DNA of 64,000 nt from an uncultured Micavibrio sp. (GTDB lineage: Bacteria; Pseudomonadota; Alphaproteobacteria; Micavibrionales; Micavibrionaceae), in NCBI GenBank assembly GCA_964587815.1, contig CAZPMH010000001.1:140857-204856 (forward strand), read 5' to 3'. The notes below the pieces were generated by a model. The model had not been told where the DNA came from. It was given only the letters and a program-made list of their open reading frames with translations, and ran no database searches. The translations under genes were made by a program, and so were the position numbers. Shown piece by piece: positions 20,076 through 29,998 of the stretch (its first letter is position 1; each line of letters starts with the position of its first letter).

Positions 20076-20966
20076 ATGAAGCTGTTCGGTATTCTTCTTG
20101 TCTTTATCTGCACCATTGGTGGCCTTATGATGGCTGCCGGCGTTGATAAAGCTATGCACTTGCTTACAGGCATTATCCTTCCTGCCACGCCTGCAGAGGT
20201 TGTCATTATTATGGGCTGTGCAGTTTCGGCGTTTATCATCGCCAATTCGATGGATACGATTAAATATACGATTAAATATTTCGGATGCTTGATTAAGCCT
20301 GCCGCCTATAAAAAAGACGATTATGTTGAGCTGCTGTCCATGATGTTTACAGTATTTAAGCTCGCGCGGACAAAGGGGTTTCTCGCGCTGGAGCAGCACG
20401 TAGAAAATTCACATGACAGCGCCTTATTCTCTGCGTTTCCGAAATTTCACGGTAATCATCACTCGCTTGATTTTCTGTGTGATTATTTGCGTATTATTTC
20501 GTTGGGTAACGAAGATCCCGGGCAAATCGGTGCGTTGATGGATAAAGAAATTGAGCAAATTGCGCACCATGAACTTCACCCCGCGCACGCGATGCACCAT
20601 ATGGCCGAAGGTATCCCCGCGCTTGGTATCGTTGCTGCGGTTTTGGGCGTTATCAAAACTATGGCCTCGATTGCAGAGCCGCCCGAGGTGTTGGGTAAGC
20701 TGATCGGTAGCGCCTTGGTTGGTACGTTTTTGGGTGTTTGGTTGTCTTATGCAATTTTCTCTCCGATCTCTACGGCGATGGAAGAAAAGGCCAATACAGA
20801 AATTATGTATTACAAGGTTTTGAAGGCAGGAATTGTTGCATTTCTTGGCGGCGCTGCGCCGCAAGTTGCCGTTGAATTTGCAAGGAAGACTTTGCCGCAT
20901 AACGTTCAACCGAGTTTTATTGAATTGGAGGAAATTTTGAACGAGCTTCCTCCGCCGCCAACATAG
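20076..20966 (+). CDS. motA: flagellar motor stator protein MotA
   Basis: 296 aa with four TM segments, a MotA/TolQ/ExbB channel C-terminal half (PALGIVAAVLGVIKTM) and canonical MotA length. Confidence 0.85.
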   Translation: MKLFGILLVFICTIGGLMMAAGVDKAMHLLTGIILPATPAEVVIIMGCAVSAFIIANSMDTIKYTIKYFGCLIKPAAYKKDDYVELLSMMFTVFKLARTKGFLALEQHVENSHDSALFSAFPKFHGNHHSLDFLCDYLRIISLGNEDPGQIGALMDKEIEQIAHHELHPAHAMHHMAEGIPALGIVAAVLGVIKTMASIAEPPEVLGKLIGSALVGTFLGVWLSYAIFSPISTAMEEKANTEIMYYKVLKAGIVAFLGGAAPQVAVEFARKTLPHNVQPSFIELEEILNELPPPPT

Positions 20967-20976
20967 GAAGGGGTTT

Positions 20977-21936
20977 ATGAAAGCGCCCTCTTCTGTTTCT
21001 ATAGAGCTCATTGATTTAGATTACGTTCACCATGGTGGCGCTTGGAAGGTTGCCTATGCTGACTTTGTGACGGCGATGATGGCGTTCTTTCTGCTGATGT
21101 GGTTGTTAAATGTCACAACGCAGGAACAAAAAGACGCGCTTTCCGATTATTTTAACCCCAGCCACCCTATGGTTTCAGATAGCCGAAGCGGAGCCGGAGG
21201 CGTTATGGGTGGACTGACCATGTCGCCTGAGGGTGCCATGGCGTCGACCAAAAATCCGATTATTCCCATACAAGCAACACAGCAACGCAAGCGTGGCGGC
21301 GAAGTAAAATCAAAAGTTAATCAGGCAAAGGAAAAGGCGCAACAAAAGCGATTTGAAGAGGCCGCGTTAAAAATTCAGCAAGCCATCGCAAAAAACGAGG
21401 CATTGCGAAAATTATCTGACAATATTGCAATTGATATCACGCCTGAGGGTTTACGCATACAAATCATCGACCAGGAAGATGAAGCGATGTTTGCGCCAGG
21501 CAGCGCGCGTTTGTTCGAACGCACAGAGATGCTGTTGCGTGAAATCACCAAAATTATTATTGAAATGCCAAATGATCTCTCTATTCGCGGGCATACGGAT
21601 TCCAGTCGATACGCGGCTGACGCAACCTATACAAATTGGGAACTTTCGGCGGATCGGGCGAATGCGTCGAGACGTGTCATATTAGGGGCAGGAATGCCGA
21701 CTGATCGGCTTAACAATGTTATGGGTAAGGCTGATACATCACTCCTTATTACTGATAACCCGCTTGACCCGCGGAACAGGCGTATCAGTATGATTTTGCT
21801 GAATGAAGACTTTTCCAGCGCTCTTCCGCCCGAAGAGGGTTCTGAAATCACGGACGATGACGGATCGTTCGAAGGCTCTCTGGGCGATTCGCCTTCATTG
21901 TTTGAAAAAACCCCAGGCGTAGTTGAATTTCCTTAA
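20977..21936 (+). CDS. motB: flagellar motor protein MotB (OmpA-like C-terminal domain)
   Basis: GGAWKVAYADFVTAMMAFFLLMWLL plug/TM with the conserved Asp. C-terminal OmpA-like peptidoglycan-binding domain (IRGHTDS...NWELSADRANASRR). Confidence 0.85.
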   Translation: MKAPSSVSIELIDLDYVHHGGAWKVAYADFVTAMMAFFLLMWLLNVTTQEQKDALSDYFNPSHPMVSDSRSGAGGVMGGLTMSPEGAMASTKNPIIPIQATQQRKRGGEVKSKVNQAKEKAQQKRFEEAALKIQQAIAKNEALRKLSDNIAIDITPEGLRIQIIDQEDEAMFAPGSARLFERTEMLLREITKIIIEMPNDLSIRGHTDSSRYAADATYTNWELSADRANASRRVILGAGMPTDRLNNVMGKADTSLLITDNPLDPRNRRISMILLNEDFSSALPPEEGSEITDDDGSFEGSLGDSPSLFEKTPGVVEFP

Positions 21937-21986
21937 ATATATCGCTACCTTTGGTGATCAACCGTAAACAAATATAAGGTTTGTCC

Positions 21987-22877
21987 ATGATTTATTTCCG
22001 TCTGTTTTTAATTCTTTTTCTGTGCGGCGCTTTATCTTTTTCTGCTTTTGCCCAGACCGCTCCTACACCTGAAGTAAAACCAGCTGAGGAAGCGCGGGTA
22101 AAGCTCTACAGGTTAGATTGCGGAACAATTAACGTTTCTGATTTGAACGTTTTTTCTGATACAGACCAATATGTCGGAGAGCAAAAACAGCTGGCCTCGT
22201 CTTGTTACCTTATACGCTATGATGACAAAGTTGTTCTTTGGGACACAGGTTTACCGAACTCCATCGCTGAAAAGCCGGAAGGTGTTGTGAACGGTGTTTT
22301 CGGCCTGAGAGTGCAAAATACATTAGCAAGTCAATTAGACGTTCTTGGTCTAAAACCTTCTGATGTTACGCATGTGGCTCTTTCACATTTGCATTTTGAC
22401 CATGCAGGCAATACCAATATGTTCGAGAACGCGCAGTTGATTGTCCAGAAAGTCGAACTCGATTTTGTGAAGAACAATCCGGAAGAAGCCAAAAAGTATT
22501 TCATGGATGCAACGCTTATCAGCCACTTTTTAGAGAGTAAAAAGGAAGATAAGATCAAAGCCATTGAGGGTGACGTCGATTTGTTCGGAGATGGTATTTT
22601 AAAAACAATTTTTTTGCCCGGTCATACACCGGGTCACATGGCACTTTTGATTAACCTTGAGGAAAGCGGCCCCCTTATTCTGGCCGGCGATCAGTGGCAT
22701 TTTACTGAAAATCATGCTCATAATGGTGTACCGAGCTTTAATTATGACCGCGCAGATACGCTTGCCTCTTCCGATAAGCTGGATAAATTACGGGAAAACC
22801 ATAATGCGATTATGATTATACAGCATGAGCCGAATGATAATTCATCGTTTCCTGCGTTACCTGATTTTATGAAGTAA
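21987..22877 (+). CDS. secreted MBL-fold metallo-hydrolase, N-acyl-homoserine-lactonase-like
   Basis: Signal peptide (FLILFLCGALSFSAFA). HxHxDH zinc motif SHLHFDHAGN, later GHTPGH, and HE near the C-terminus. An AAGG RBS lies 7 nt before the ATG at 21987. Confidence 0.7.
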   Translation: MIYFRLFLILFLCGALSFSAFAQTAPTPEVKPAEEARVKLYRLDCGTINVSDLNVFSDTDQYVGEQKQLASSCYLIRYDDKVVLWDTGLPNSIAEKPEGVVNGVFGLRVQNTLASQLDVLGLKPSDVTHVALSHLHFDHAGNTNMFENAQLIVQKVELDFVKNNPEEAKKYFMDATLISHFLESKKEDKIKAIEGDVDLFGDGILKTIFLPGHTPGHMALLINLEESGPLILAGDQWHFTENHAHNGVPSFNYDRADTLASSDKLDKLRENHNAIMIIQHEPNDNSSFPALPDFMK

Positions 22878-22899
22878 AAGCAGCCCCGATCAGAAGTTT

Positions 22900-23964
22900 T
22901 TAACTTACAGGATCAAACTGACCCTCATCGCTCGGTTCTTCTGCTGCGAACAGGCTTTCAAGAGTTGCGTCATCTTCATCGTCCCAGAGGACGCTGATGA
23001 CTTGATCTAGCGCATGTGCACCGTCCGTGTCGCCATTATCTTGCATCATATCGGCAAACAGCACCGCCCGTTCATAGGCTTCGTCGCTTTGTGACAGCTC
23101 TTGTTGCACTTGTTCAGGCACATCAAAATAGCGCAGGTCAATTTCCGCGCCGCTTTGAAAAAAAACGTGATCAAAGAATTCTGTCATTTCATGAGATACG
23201 GTCGCAGCGGCACCTTCCAAATTCGGCTTAACCATCTCTACTACGTAAGGTTTTGCGAACCAGCCGTATGTTGCAAGTATGTCCTTTGCCGTCAATGTCT
23301 CTTCAACTTCACCGTTTTCGTTTTGTGGCAACGGGCATAAATCAAGATATGTCACAGCATATAATTGGGTGCGCTCAAATAGATCAAATTTTCCGCCGTC
23401 AAGGTATTCAGGTACTTGCTCGGGCAAACCGAAACCTTCGAAATCGCCTGTTTTGCAGGCGCAGTATGATTGCAGCAAACGTCCCGTTAACGTGTTGTTT
23501 GGCGGGTCTTTGATTTCATTTTCGAGTGCTTTACGCAACTCTGCGCTTAATTCTTCGTGATTATCGGGAAGCATTTCAATCAGAGCGGGCCATGTGTGCC
23601 TTTTACGATGCGCCTCTTTTATATGTGCTGCAATATCGGGCAGTGGCGAAAAAAATCGTTCCGCTTCGTTTATATCAAAGGTTATGTCATCAAGGCCTTG
23701 ATCCTGAACGTGTTGCGACATCTTGACCAAAGCGGGCACAAGAAGTTTAAAATGTAGCGTATGCCAGAATGAGTTCTGATCGCCTGTAAATGCTCCATCG
23801 GATTTTGTTGGTGGTGTCACGCCTTCGGACACGAGGATTTCTACAAGTTCCTCGTCCTGCTCACCGTTTTGTTTGCGCCAGATATCGGAGCCTTTCAGCT
23901 GTTGCATAAGCTCGGTCTGGCTTTCAAGTGCTTGGAATAAAACTGCGTACGATAGACGTTTCAT
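22900..23964 (-). CDS. hypothetical, strongly acidic cytoplasmic protein (354 aa)
   Basis: Long clean ORF with no signal peptide and no recognisable domain. 11 of the last 28 residues are D/E. Confidence 0.6.
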   Translation of the reverse strand: MKRLSYAVLFQALESQTELMQQLKGSDIWRKQNGEQDEELVEILVSEGVTPPTKSDGAFTGDQNSFWHTLHFKLLVPALVKMSQHVQDQGLDDITFDINEAERFFSPLPDIAAHIKEAHRKRHTWPALIEMLPDNHEELSAELRKALENEIKDPPNNTLTGRLLQSYCACKTGDFEGFGLPEQVPEYLDGGKFDLFERTQLYAVTYLDLCPLPQNENGEVEETLTAKDILATYGWFAKPYVVEMVKPNLEGAAATVSHEMTEFFDHVFFQSGAEIDLRYFDVPEQVQQELSQSDEAYERAVLFADMMQDNGDTDGAHALDQVISVLWDDEDDATLESLFAAEEPSDEGQFDPVS

Positions 23965-24028
23965 TTTATAATTAGACCCGAAACGTTTATCTTATGTCAA
24001 TGAAATTGCTTTGCGTTTGAACGCGCTC

Positions 24029-25078
24029 TTAGTCGTTGAATTTCCATCCGCCATATTTTTCGGCATATTCTTTCGCCTTGGCTTTCATTTTTTCTCTGGA
24101 CTCATTACTGATCGTAATATCATTGTCGGCAAGCATCTTAGAAACCTTAGCATCGAGGTCAACGAATGTTGCGTCAGGCCTTTCTGAGGCCAATGCCGTG
24201 AATGCCCAAGCATAGGTTTCGAAAAAATTCTTGGGAACACCATGCCCGAAGAGATAGAGCTCAGACAGTTTCTGTTGTGCGTCTGAAAAACCGGCTCCTG
24301 ATGCAATAAGACAGTTTTGTACTTCTGTTGAGTTAGGTTTTTTAATGGTGATGCAAAGCTGCCTCGACTCTTGAATATGACGCTTTGGGTCTTCTTTTCC
24401 TCTTTTGGCAGCTCTCTCGTACCAGAAGCCTGCTTCCAATAAATCTTTTTCTACACCTCGGCCCCTGAAGTAAGAATTACCCAAGTTTATCTGAGCTATT
24501 GCATGGCCACTTTCAGCAGATTCTTTTAACCAATAAAAACCTTTTTCATAGTCAACATCAGTTCCGATTCCTTCATTATAAAAGGTTCCAAGTTTACTTT
24601 GCGCTATAACATCTCCAAGCTCTGCTGCTTTTTTGCTCCACTTAAAAGCTTCAGCGTATCTTTTGTGTTGGTAACTCAAATTAGTGAGATTTTTCATGCC
24701 AGTGAAATCGCCATTTATCGCAGATTGTTCATACCAATAAAACGCTTTCTCTAAATCCGGCTCTGTCCCAGAACCTGTTTTGAAAAACACCCCAAGATTA
24801 TTCTGCGCTTTTGCGTGCCCCTTTTCTGCCGCCCTTAGATAGTATTCGAACGCTTTACTTTCGTCTTTTTCAGCTTCGTTCCGAGCAAAATGATAGTATT
24901 TTGCGAGGCTAAATAAAGCTTCCACATCACCTCGTGAAGCCTGCTTTTCCCAATATGATACTTGCATTGCAAAATAAGCATCATTGAACGATTTTTGATT
25001 AATATAAAACAACACTAAATATCCCGCTGGCAGGCTTGCCGCGACTAACGTAAAAATAAGTATTCGTTTTATATTCAC
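24029..25078 (-). CDS. Sel1-repeat (SLR/TPR-like) protein with N-terminal membrane anchor
   Basis: N-terminal TM helix, then about 6 Sel1 repeats (A...Y..AAE.G...AQ..LG..Y..G.G...D...A..W). Lower G+C than its neighbours. Confidence 0.8.
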   Translation of the reverse strand: MNIKRILIFTLVAASLPAGYLVLFYINQKSFNDAYFAMQVSYWEKQASRGDVEALFSLAKYYHFARNEAEKDESKAFEYYLRAAEKGHAKAQNNLGVFFKTGSGTEPDLEKAFYWYEQSAINGDFTGMKNLTNLSYQHKRYAEAFKWSKKAAELGDVIAQSKLGTFYNEGIGTDVDYEKGFYWLKESAESGHAIAQINLGNSYFRGRGVEKDLLEAGFWYERAAKRGKEDPKRHIQESRQLCITIKKPNSTEVQNCLIASGAGFSDAQQKLSELYLFGHGVPKNFFETYAWAFTALASERPDATFVDLDAKVSKMLADNDITISNESREKMKAKAKEYAEKYGGWKFND

Positions 25079-25099
25079 AATACGGATTTAGAAAATCCT

Positions 25100-27349
25100 T
25101 TAAAACTTGTAATCGAAGCGGTTGCTTTTGGGGAAGCCGTTTGGCGGCAGGCGACCTGCGCTGGCGCGTTTGCCGATCCACGGTTTGATATCCTCAACCG
25201 TGGTTGTTCCTGATCCGTATTTATATTCCAGCCCCTGCTCCATATTAAATGCTTTTGCGTCGGAGAGCTTACCATCCTTGTATTTCTGTAAGATTACGCC
25301 TTTGCCCTTGGTCATTTCGGGCAATTCATCCAGCGGGAAGACCAACATTTTGCGGTTTGTGCCGATGATTGCGATGTGATCGTCCTGATCTTCGACATAA
25401 CGGCAGATTGCGGCCTTGACCTTGCCTGAGACATTCAAAACCTGTTTCCCGTTCTTTGTTTGCGCCAAAACATCATCTGTTTTGACGATGAAGCCGCGCC
25501 CGTCACTGGAGGCGACGACCATTTTGCGTTCGGGTTCGTACAGGCGCATGGAGGTCACAACCGCGTCATTCGGCAGGTCGACCATGATGCGTAACGGCTC
25601 ACCGAAGCCGCGGCCTGACGGCAATTTATCACAGCCGAGCGTATAGAAACGGCCGTTAGTGCCGAAAATCATGAGCTTATCGGTGGTTTGTGCCTCAATC
25701 ACGAATTGGCCGCGGTCGCCGTCTTTATATTTGATGTCGCCTGATTTGTGGCCGTGGCCCTTCATCGCCTTTACCCAGCCTTGCGCCGAACAAATAACGG
25801 TTATCGGTTCTTTTTCGATCATGACTTGATCAAGGTCGACGGCAATTGGTGCAGGCGGCTTACCTATGACGGTGCGGCGTTTGCCTAATTCGGTCTCTTC
25901 GCCGAACATCTCTTTAAGAGATTTGATTTGTTTTTTGATTTTTGTCCATTGGCGCGCTTCGGATTTGATCAGTTTTTCCAAATCATCGCGCTCTTTGGTC
26001 AAGGCTTCGTGATCTTTGCGAATTTCGAGTTCCTGCAATTTATGCAAACGACGCAAGCGCAAGTTCAGAATTTCTTCAGCTTGATATTCGGTTAAATCGA
26101 AGGTTTCGATCAGTTTTTCTTTTGGCTTATCTTCGAAACGGATGATGCGGATGACTTCATCGATGTTAAGATAAACAATCAGGAAGCCCTCCAGACGTTC
26201 GATATCCCTGAGCACTTTTTCCAAGCGGTGTCGGGATCTGCGCACAAGGACTTCTTGCTGGTGGTCGAGCCAGTTTTGAAGAGCTTCTTTAAGGTTCATG
26301 ACTTTTGGCACGAGGCCGTTTTCAAGAACGTTCAAGTTCATGTTGAAGCGTGTTTCAAGGTCACAGGCGCGGAAGAGTGCCTCCATCAAGATTTGCGGTT
26401 CGACGTTGCGGTTTTTCGGCACGAGGATGAGGCGTACATCTTCGGCAGACTCATCGCGCACATCGTCGAGCAGCGGCAGTTTCTTTGTATTGATAAGATC
26501 AGCGATTTTTTCGATTAGTTTGGACTTTTGAACCTGATACGGAATTTCAGTGACCACAATTTGGTACATGCCTTGTTTCAGCTCTTCCTTTTCCCATTTG
26601 GCACGAATGCGGAATGCGCCCTTCCCCGTGGCGTAGGCGTTAATTACATCTTCGCGTTTTTCGACCAATGTTCCGCCTGTGGGCATGTCGGGGCCTTGGA
26701 TAATATCGACCAGCTCTTCGATGCTCGGGTCTTTTTCCAACATGAGCAGCATGCCTTCACACAGCTCAGCGACATTGTGCGGCGGGATGTTGGTTGCCAT
26801 TCCCACGGCGATACCGCTGGAGCCGTTCGCGAGCAAGTTCGGGAACCCGCCGGGCAGAACAACAGGTTCACTTTCTGACCCGTCATAGTTTGAACGAAAA
26901 TCAACCGCGTTTTCTTCGATGCCGTCAAGCAGTAGTAAGGCCACGTCTGTAAGTCGCGCTTCGGTGTAACGCATAGCGGCCGCGTTATCGCCGTCAATGT
27001 TTCCGAAATTCCCCTGCCCGTCCACTAGCGGATAGCGTTGGGAGAAGTCCTGCGCGAGGCGGACCATTGCGTCATAGACGGCTGTATCACCATGCGGGTG
27101 GTATTTACCGATGACATCACCAACAACACGCGCGGATTTTTTCGGGCTTTGTGTCGGGTTCAGTTTGAGCTGATACATCGCATACATCAGGCGTCTGTGT
27201 ACAGGCTTCATCCCATCGCGCACATCGGGGAGTGAACGGCTCATAATTGTAGAGAGTGCATAGGAAAGATAGCGATCCGAGAGGATCTCGCTCATAGGCT
27301 GGTCGATGATTTCGTTTGCGGGTTCTTGTGCAGTATTATCCTTCGACAT
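25100..27349 (-). CDS. parC: DNA topoisomerase IV subunit A
   Basis: 749 aa. Type IIA A-subunit N-terminus ([16 protein letters not shown]), active-site AAMRYTE. The length and short C-terminal domain fit ParC rather than GyrA. Confidence 0.9.
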   Translation of the reverse strand: MSKDNTAQEPANEIIDQPMSEILSDRYLSYALSTIMSRSLPDVRDGMKPVHRRLMYAMYQLKLNPTQSPKKSARVVGDVIGKYHPHGDTAVYDAMVRLAQDFSQRYPLVDGQGNFGNIDGDNAAAMRYTEARLTDVALLLLDGIEENAVDFRSNYDGSESEPVVLPGGFPNLLANGSSGIAVGMATNIPPHNVAELCEGMLLMLEKDPSIEELVDIIQGPDMPTGGTLVEKREDVINAYATGKGAFRIRAKWEKEELKQGMYQIVVTEIPYQVQKSKLIEKIADLINTKKLPLLDDVRDESAEDVRLILVPKNRNVEPQILMEALFRACDLETRFNMNLNVLENGLVPKVMNLKEALQNWLDHQQEVLVRRSRHRLEKVLRDIERLEGFLIVYLNIDEVIRIIRFEDKPKEKLIETFDLTEYQAEEILNLRLRRLHKLQELEIRKDHEALTKERDDLEKLIKSEARQWTKIKKQIKSLKEMFGEETELGKRRTVIGKPPAPIAVDLDQVMIEKEPITVICSAQGWVKAMKGHGHKSGDIKYKDGDRGQFVIEAQTTDKLMIFGTNGRFYTLGCDKLPSGRGFGEPLRIMVDLPNDAVVTSMRLYEPERKMVVASSDGRGFIVKTDDVLAQTKNGKQVLNVSGKVKAAICRYVEDQDDHIAIIGTNRKMLVFPLDELPEMTKGKGVILQKYKDGKLSDAKAFNMEQGLEYKYGSGTTTVEDIKPWIGKRASAGRLPPNGFPKSNRFDYKF

Positions 27350-28145
27350 AGAGGTCTGTTCCTAACGCATCAGTGTTTCTTGTATTGTCGCCGTCTTTTT
27401 CGGCGCGGCCTTTTGTTTTTGCAAAAGTTTCGGTAAAACGCAAGCCCAACCTGTTTCTGGCCTCGGGCAATCCACGGCTGTGATGGGCGAAAACCCAGTG
27501 CTCGAGGAAGAATTTTGTCAGTTGCAGTCCGGTGAGGATATCCTCATCATCAATCGGGCCGCCATTTGGTTTGAGGAAAGATGGTAGCGGGAGCATTTTA
27601 TCTTTGTACGGCTCAGCGGCGGCATAGCTGACGGCGCGGCCTGTTTTCGGCGAGACATAAGCCAGCGTGTTGTTATCACCGCCACCTGCGCATTGGGTCA
27701 GGTCAAGCGAGAAGCCGAGTTCTTTAAGCAGGGCGATTTCCCACATGATGTAGCCTGCTTGCCATGCGTCGCTGTCGAAGATTTGAAACAAGGCCAGCAT
27801 GCCGTGGAAAAGCCCCTCGCCCCCTTCGCCTTCGGGGACGGCTTGGTCGCATAAGGCGCAAGCTGATTGTAGTGCGGCGAGTTTTAAGGGGTCTTGGAGG
27901 AACCGTGCGGCGGTGGAGCGGCTCAGCTCTAATGTTAGTGTGCCGAGGCTGTCTGCGGTTCTTGCGCGCCAGTTTGCGTCGACCACGTTGCCGATTTCTA
28001 GTGTGCCGCGATTTTTTGATGAGGATGCACCGCGCATATAGCCTGCCCTGCGGCCTTGGTTTTCTGTTAAAACAGAAACGACTGCGCCGCTCTCACCGTG
28101 TGCGCGCACGTTCAGAATAATAGATTGATCTTGCCATTGCTCCAT
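27336..28145 (-). CDS. recO: DNA repair protein RecO
   Basis: N-terminal OB-fold pattern (W.D..IIL.VR.HGE..A.V.VLT...GR) and typical length. 14-nt overlap with the parC start. Confidence 0.85.
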   Translation of the reverse strand: MEQWQDQSIILNVRAHGESGAVVSVLTENQGRRAGYMRGASSSKNRGTLEIGNVVDANWRARTADSLGTLTLELSRSTAARFLQDPLKLAALQSACALCDQAVPEGEGGEGLFHGMLALFQIFDSDAWQAGYIMWEIALLKELGFSLDLTQCAGGGDNNTLAYVSPKTGRAVSYAAAEPYKDKMLPLPSFLKPNGGPIDDEDILTGLQLTKFFLEHWVFAHHSRGLPEARNRLGLRFTETFAKTKGRAEKDGDNTRNTDALGTDLYVEG

Positions 28146-28197
28146 TGACGTATATTATCGGCCTTATATTTTGAAAATGCCAGCAGGAATATTCAAT

Positions 28198-29202
28198 ATG
28201 ATGGTGACAATCCCCAAAGACGAGATCGTTCAATTAATCGAGGCATCGCTGAAAAATGCGGGTTTAACCGATGATGATGCGATTTCGACGATCAGCACGC
28301 ACTTGCTGCAAAATGAGATGGCGGGAAAACGCTCTCACGGACTATTACGCGTACGCTGGAGTTATAAATACACCAAGAAAAACGGTGCGCCCGAGGCGAA
28401 GCCTGTTTTGGCGTTGGATGCAGGCGGGCTTGGTATTGTGGACGGGCGTAATAATCTGGGCTTGGTTGCTGCGCAATATGCTGCGGAGGTTGCGATTGAG
28501 AAAGCCAAGACGCACGGCATCGCGTTTGTTGGGGCGCGTAACCATTTCGGTACGACGGGTACGATGAATTTTTATAACCGTATGTTTGTTGAGCATGGAT
28601 TGCTCGGCATTGCGGGGTGTAATTCTCTGTCGCAAGTTTGTCACCCGAACGGATATGATCCTGTGGTTGGAACGAACCCGATATCGTTTGGTATTCCTTC
28701 TGCAAAAACGCCCTGCGTTGTGGATGTGACCACCGCGGAGTGGGCATACGGCAAGTTGATGGAATTGGATAAGGCAGGCAAGAAGATGCCCGAAGGCGTG
28801 ATTATTGATAAGAACGGGCAGCCTTCGGACAAATTGAGCGATGCGAAAGATGGTGCGATTTTACCATTAAAAGGATTTAAAGGGTTTTCTATCGGGCTGG
28901 CGATTGAAATTCTGAGCGGCGGTTTGATAGGTGCGAAAATGGGCATGAATGCGGTCGAAGGGTCAGACGGCATTTTCTTTATCACGATTGATCCTGACAA
29001 GTTGGTCGGGCGCGATGTCTTTGAGGCGCAGGTTGAGGCGTTGTTACAGGAGGTGAAAGCCTCGCGTCATGATGCGCACATTGATGAAATTCTTATCCCT
29101 GGCGAGCGCTCTGAGGGCGCGTTGCGGGCGGCGCAAGGGCAAGATACACTCGAAATTATTGATACAGTTTATAACGATTTGAAAGAAATGGCATATGCGT
29201 AA
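28198..29202 (+). CDS. Ldh_2 family (malate/L-lactate/L-sulfolactate/ureidoglycolate-type) NAD(P)H oxidoreductase
   Basis: GKRSHGLLRV catalytic-His motif, NPISFGIP, TTAEWAYGK and LPLKGFKGFSIGLAIEIL motifs of the Ldh_2 family. I prefer the ATG at 28198, which has an AGGA RBS. Confidence 0.8.
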   Translation: MMVTIPKDEIVQLIEASLKNAGLTDDDAISTISTHLLQNEMAGKRSHGLLRVRWSYKYTKKNGAPEAKPVLALDAGGLGIVDGRNNLGLVAAQYAAEVAIEKAKTHGIAFVGARNHFGTTGTMNFYNRMFVEHGLLGIAGCNSLSQVCHPNGYDPVVGTNPISFGIPSAKTPCVVDVTTAEWAYGKLMELDKAGKKMPEGVIIDKNGQPSDKLSDAKDGAILPLKGFKGFSIGLAIEILSGGLIGAKMGMNAVEGSDGIFFITIDPDKLVGRDVFEAQVEALLQEVKASRHDAHIDEILIPGERSEGALRAAQGQDTLEIIDTVYNDLKEMAYA

Positions 29203-29971
29203 AATTGGTGTTGTTGGTGCAGGTGCAATTGGTGGTGCGGTGGTGCGCGCCTTGCAAAACGGGATTGAAGGATGCGTTTTAGAATGTGTTTCTGACCCGT
29301 ATTTGACCCGTGACGTAGGTGTTGAGAATGTTGATACGGCTGATTTAGTTTCACGGTGTGATTTGGTGGTGGAGTGCTTGCCCGCCGATGAGGTTCCTTC
29401 ACTTTCAAAAATTGCATTGGATGCGCATAAAGACATTATTTTTATCAGCAGTGCCGCCTTGCTGATTTATCCTGACATTATTGAACAGATCAAGGAAAGC
29501 GACGCGCGGTGTTATCTTCCCTCCGGCGCGCTTTGCGGGCTTGACGGCGTGACGGCAATGCGGGAGATGGGCATTCGGTCGGCAAAAATTGCATCGACGA
29601 AGCCGCCAAAGGGATTTGCGGGCGCGCCGTTTGTGGTTGAGAACAATATTGATGTTGAACGTATTGAAGAGAAAACCTTGATTTTTGAAGGGAACGCATT
29701 GGAGGCTTCCAAGGGCTTTCCTGCGAATGTAAATGTTGCGGCGACACTCAGTTTAGCGGGAATCGGCGCGGAAAGGACGCGTGTTGAAGTATGGGCTGAC
29801 CCATTGGCGAGTGGGAACATGCACGAGGTTACCGTGAAGAGCGATTATTCCACTCTAACCAGTCGGATTGAGAATGAGCCTGACCCGGCAAACCCCAAAA
29901 GTTCGGTTTTGGCGGCGCAAAGTATTGTTGCAACCTTGCGAAACCTGCATAATGCTTTGGTCATTGGTTAG
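29195..29971 (+). CDS. aspartate dehydrogenase-like (DUF108) NAD(P)-binding protein
   Basis: Rossmann start MRKIGVVGAGAIGG. C-terminal AspDH-type region (NVNVAATLSLAG...NPKSSVLAAQS). 8-nt overlap with the Ldh_2 gene. Confidence 0.75.
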   Translation: MRKIGVVGAGAIGGAVVRALQNGIEGCVLECVSDPYLTRDVGVENVDTADLVSRCDLVVECLPADEVPSLSKIALDAHKDIIFISSAALLIYPDIIEQIKESDARCYLPSGALCGLDGVTAMREMGIRSAKIASTKPPKGFAGAPFVVENNIDVERIEEKTLIFEGNALEASKGFPANVNVAATLSLAGIGAERTRVEVWADPLASGNMHEVTVKSDYSTLTSRIENEPDPANPKSSVLAAQSIVATLRNLHNALVIG

Positions 29972-29998
29972 ATTCGCATTATTTAAAAGGACAGAGAG

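Noticed and set aside
20424-21011. 195-aa minus-strand ORF antisense to motA
   Set aside because: It is antisense to a canonical MotA. The translation is Arg/Asn/Cys-rich with no motif.
20076-23964. Possibility that motA/motB plus downstream genes form a Zorya-like (ZorAB-based) anti-phage system
   Set aside because: MotA is canonical length (296 aa) and lacks the long ZorA C-terminal tail. MotB has a standard OmpA-like domain. The next genes are an MBL hydrolase and a convergent acidic protein, not ZorC/D/E-like helicase or nuclease genes.
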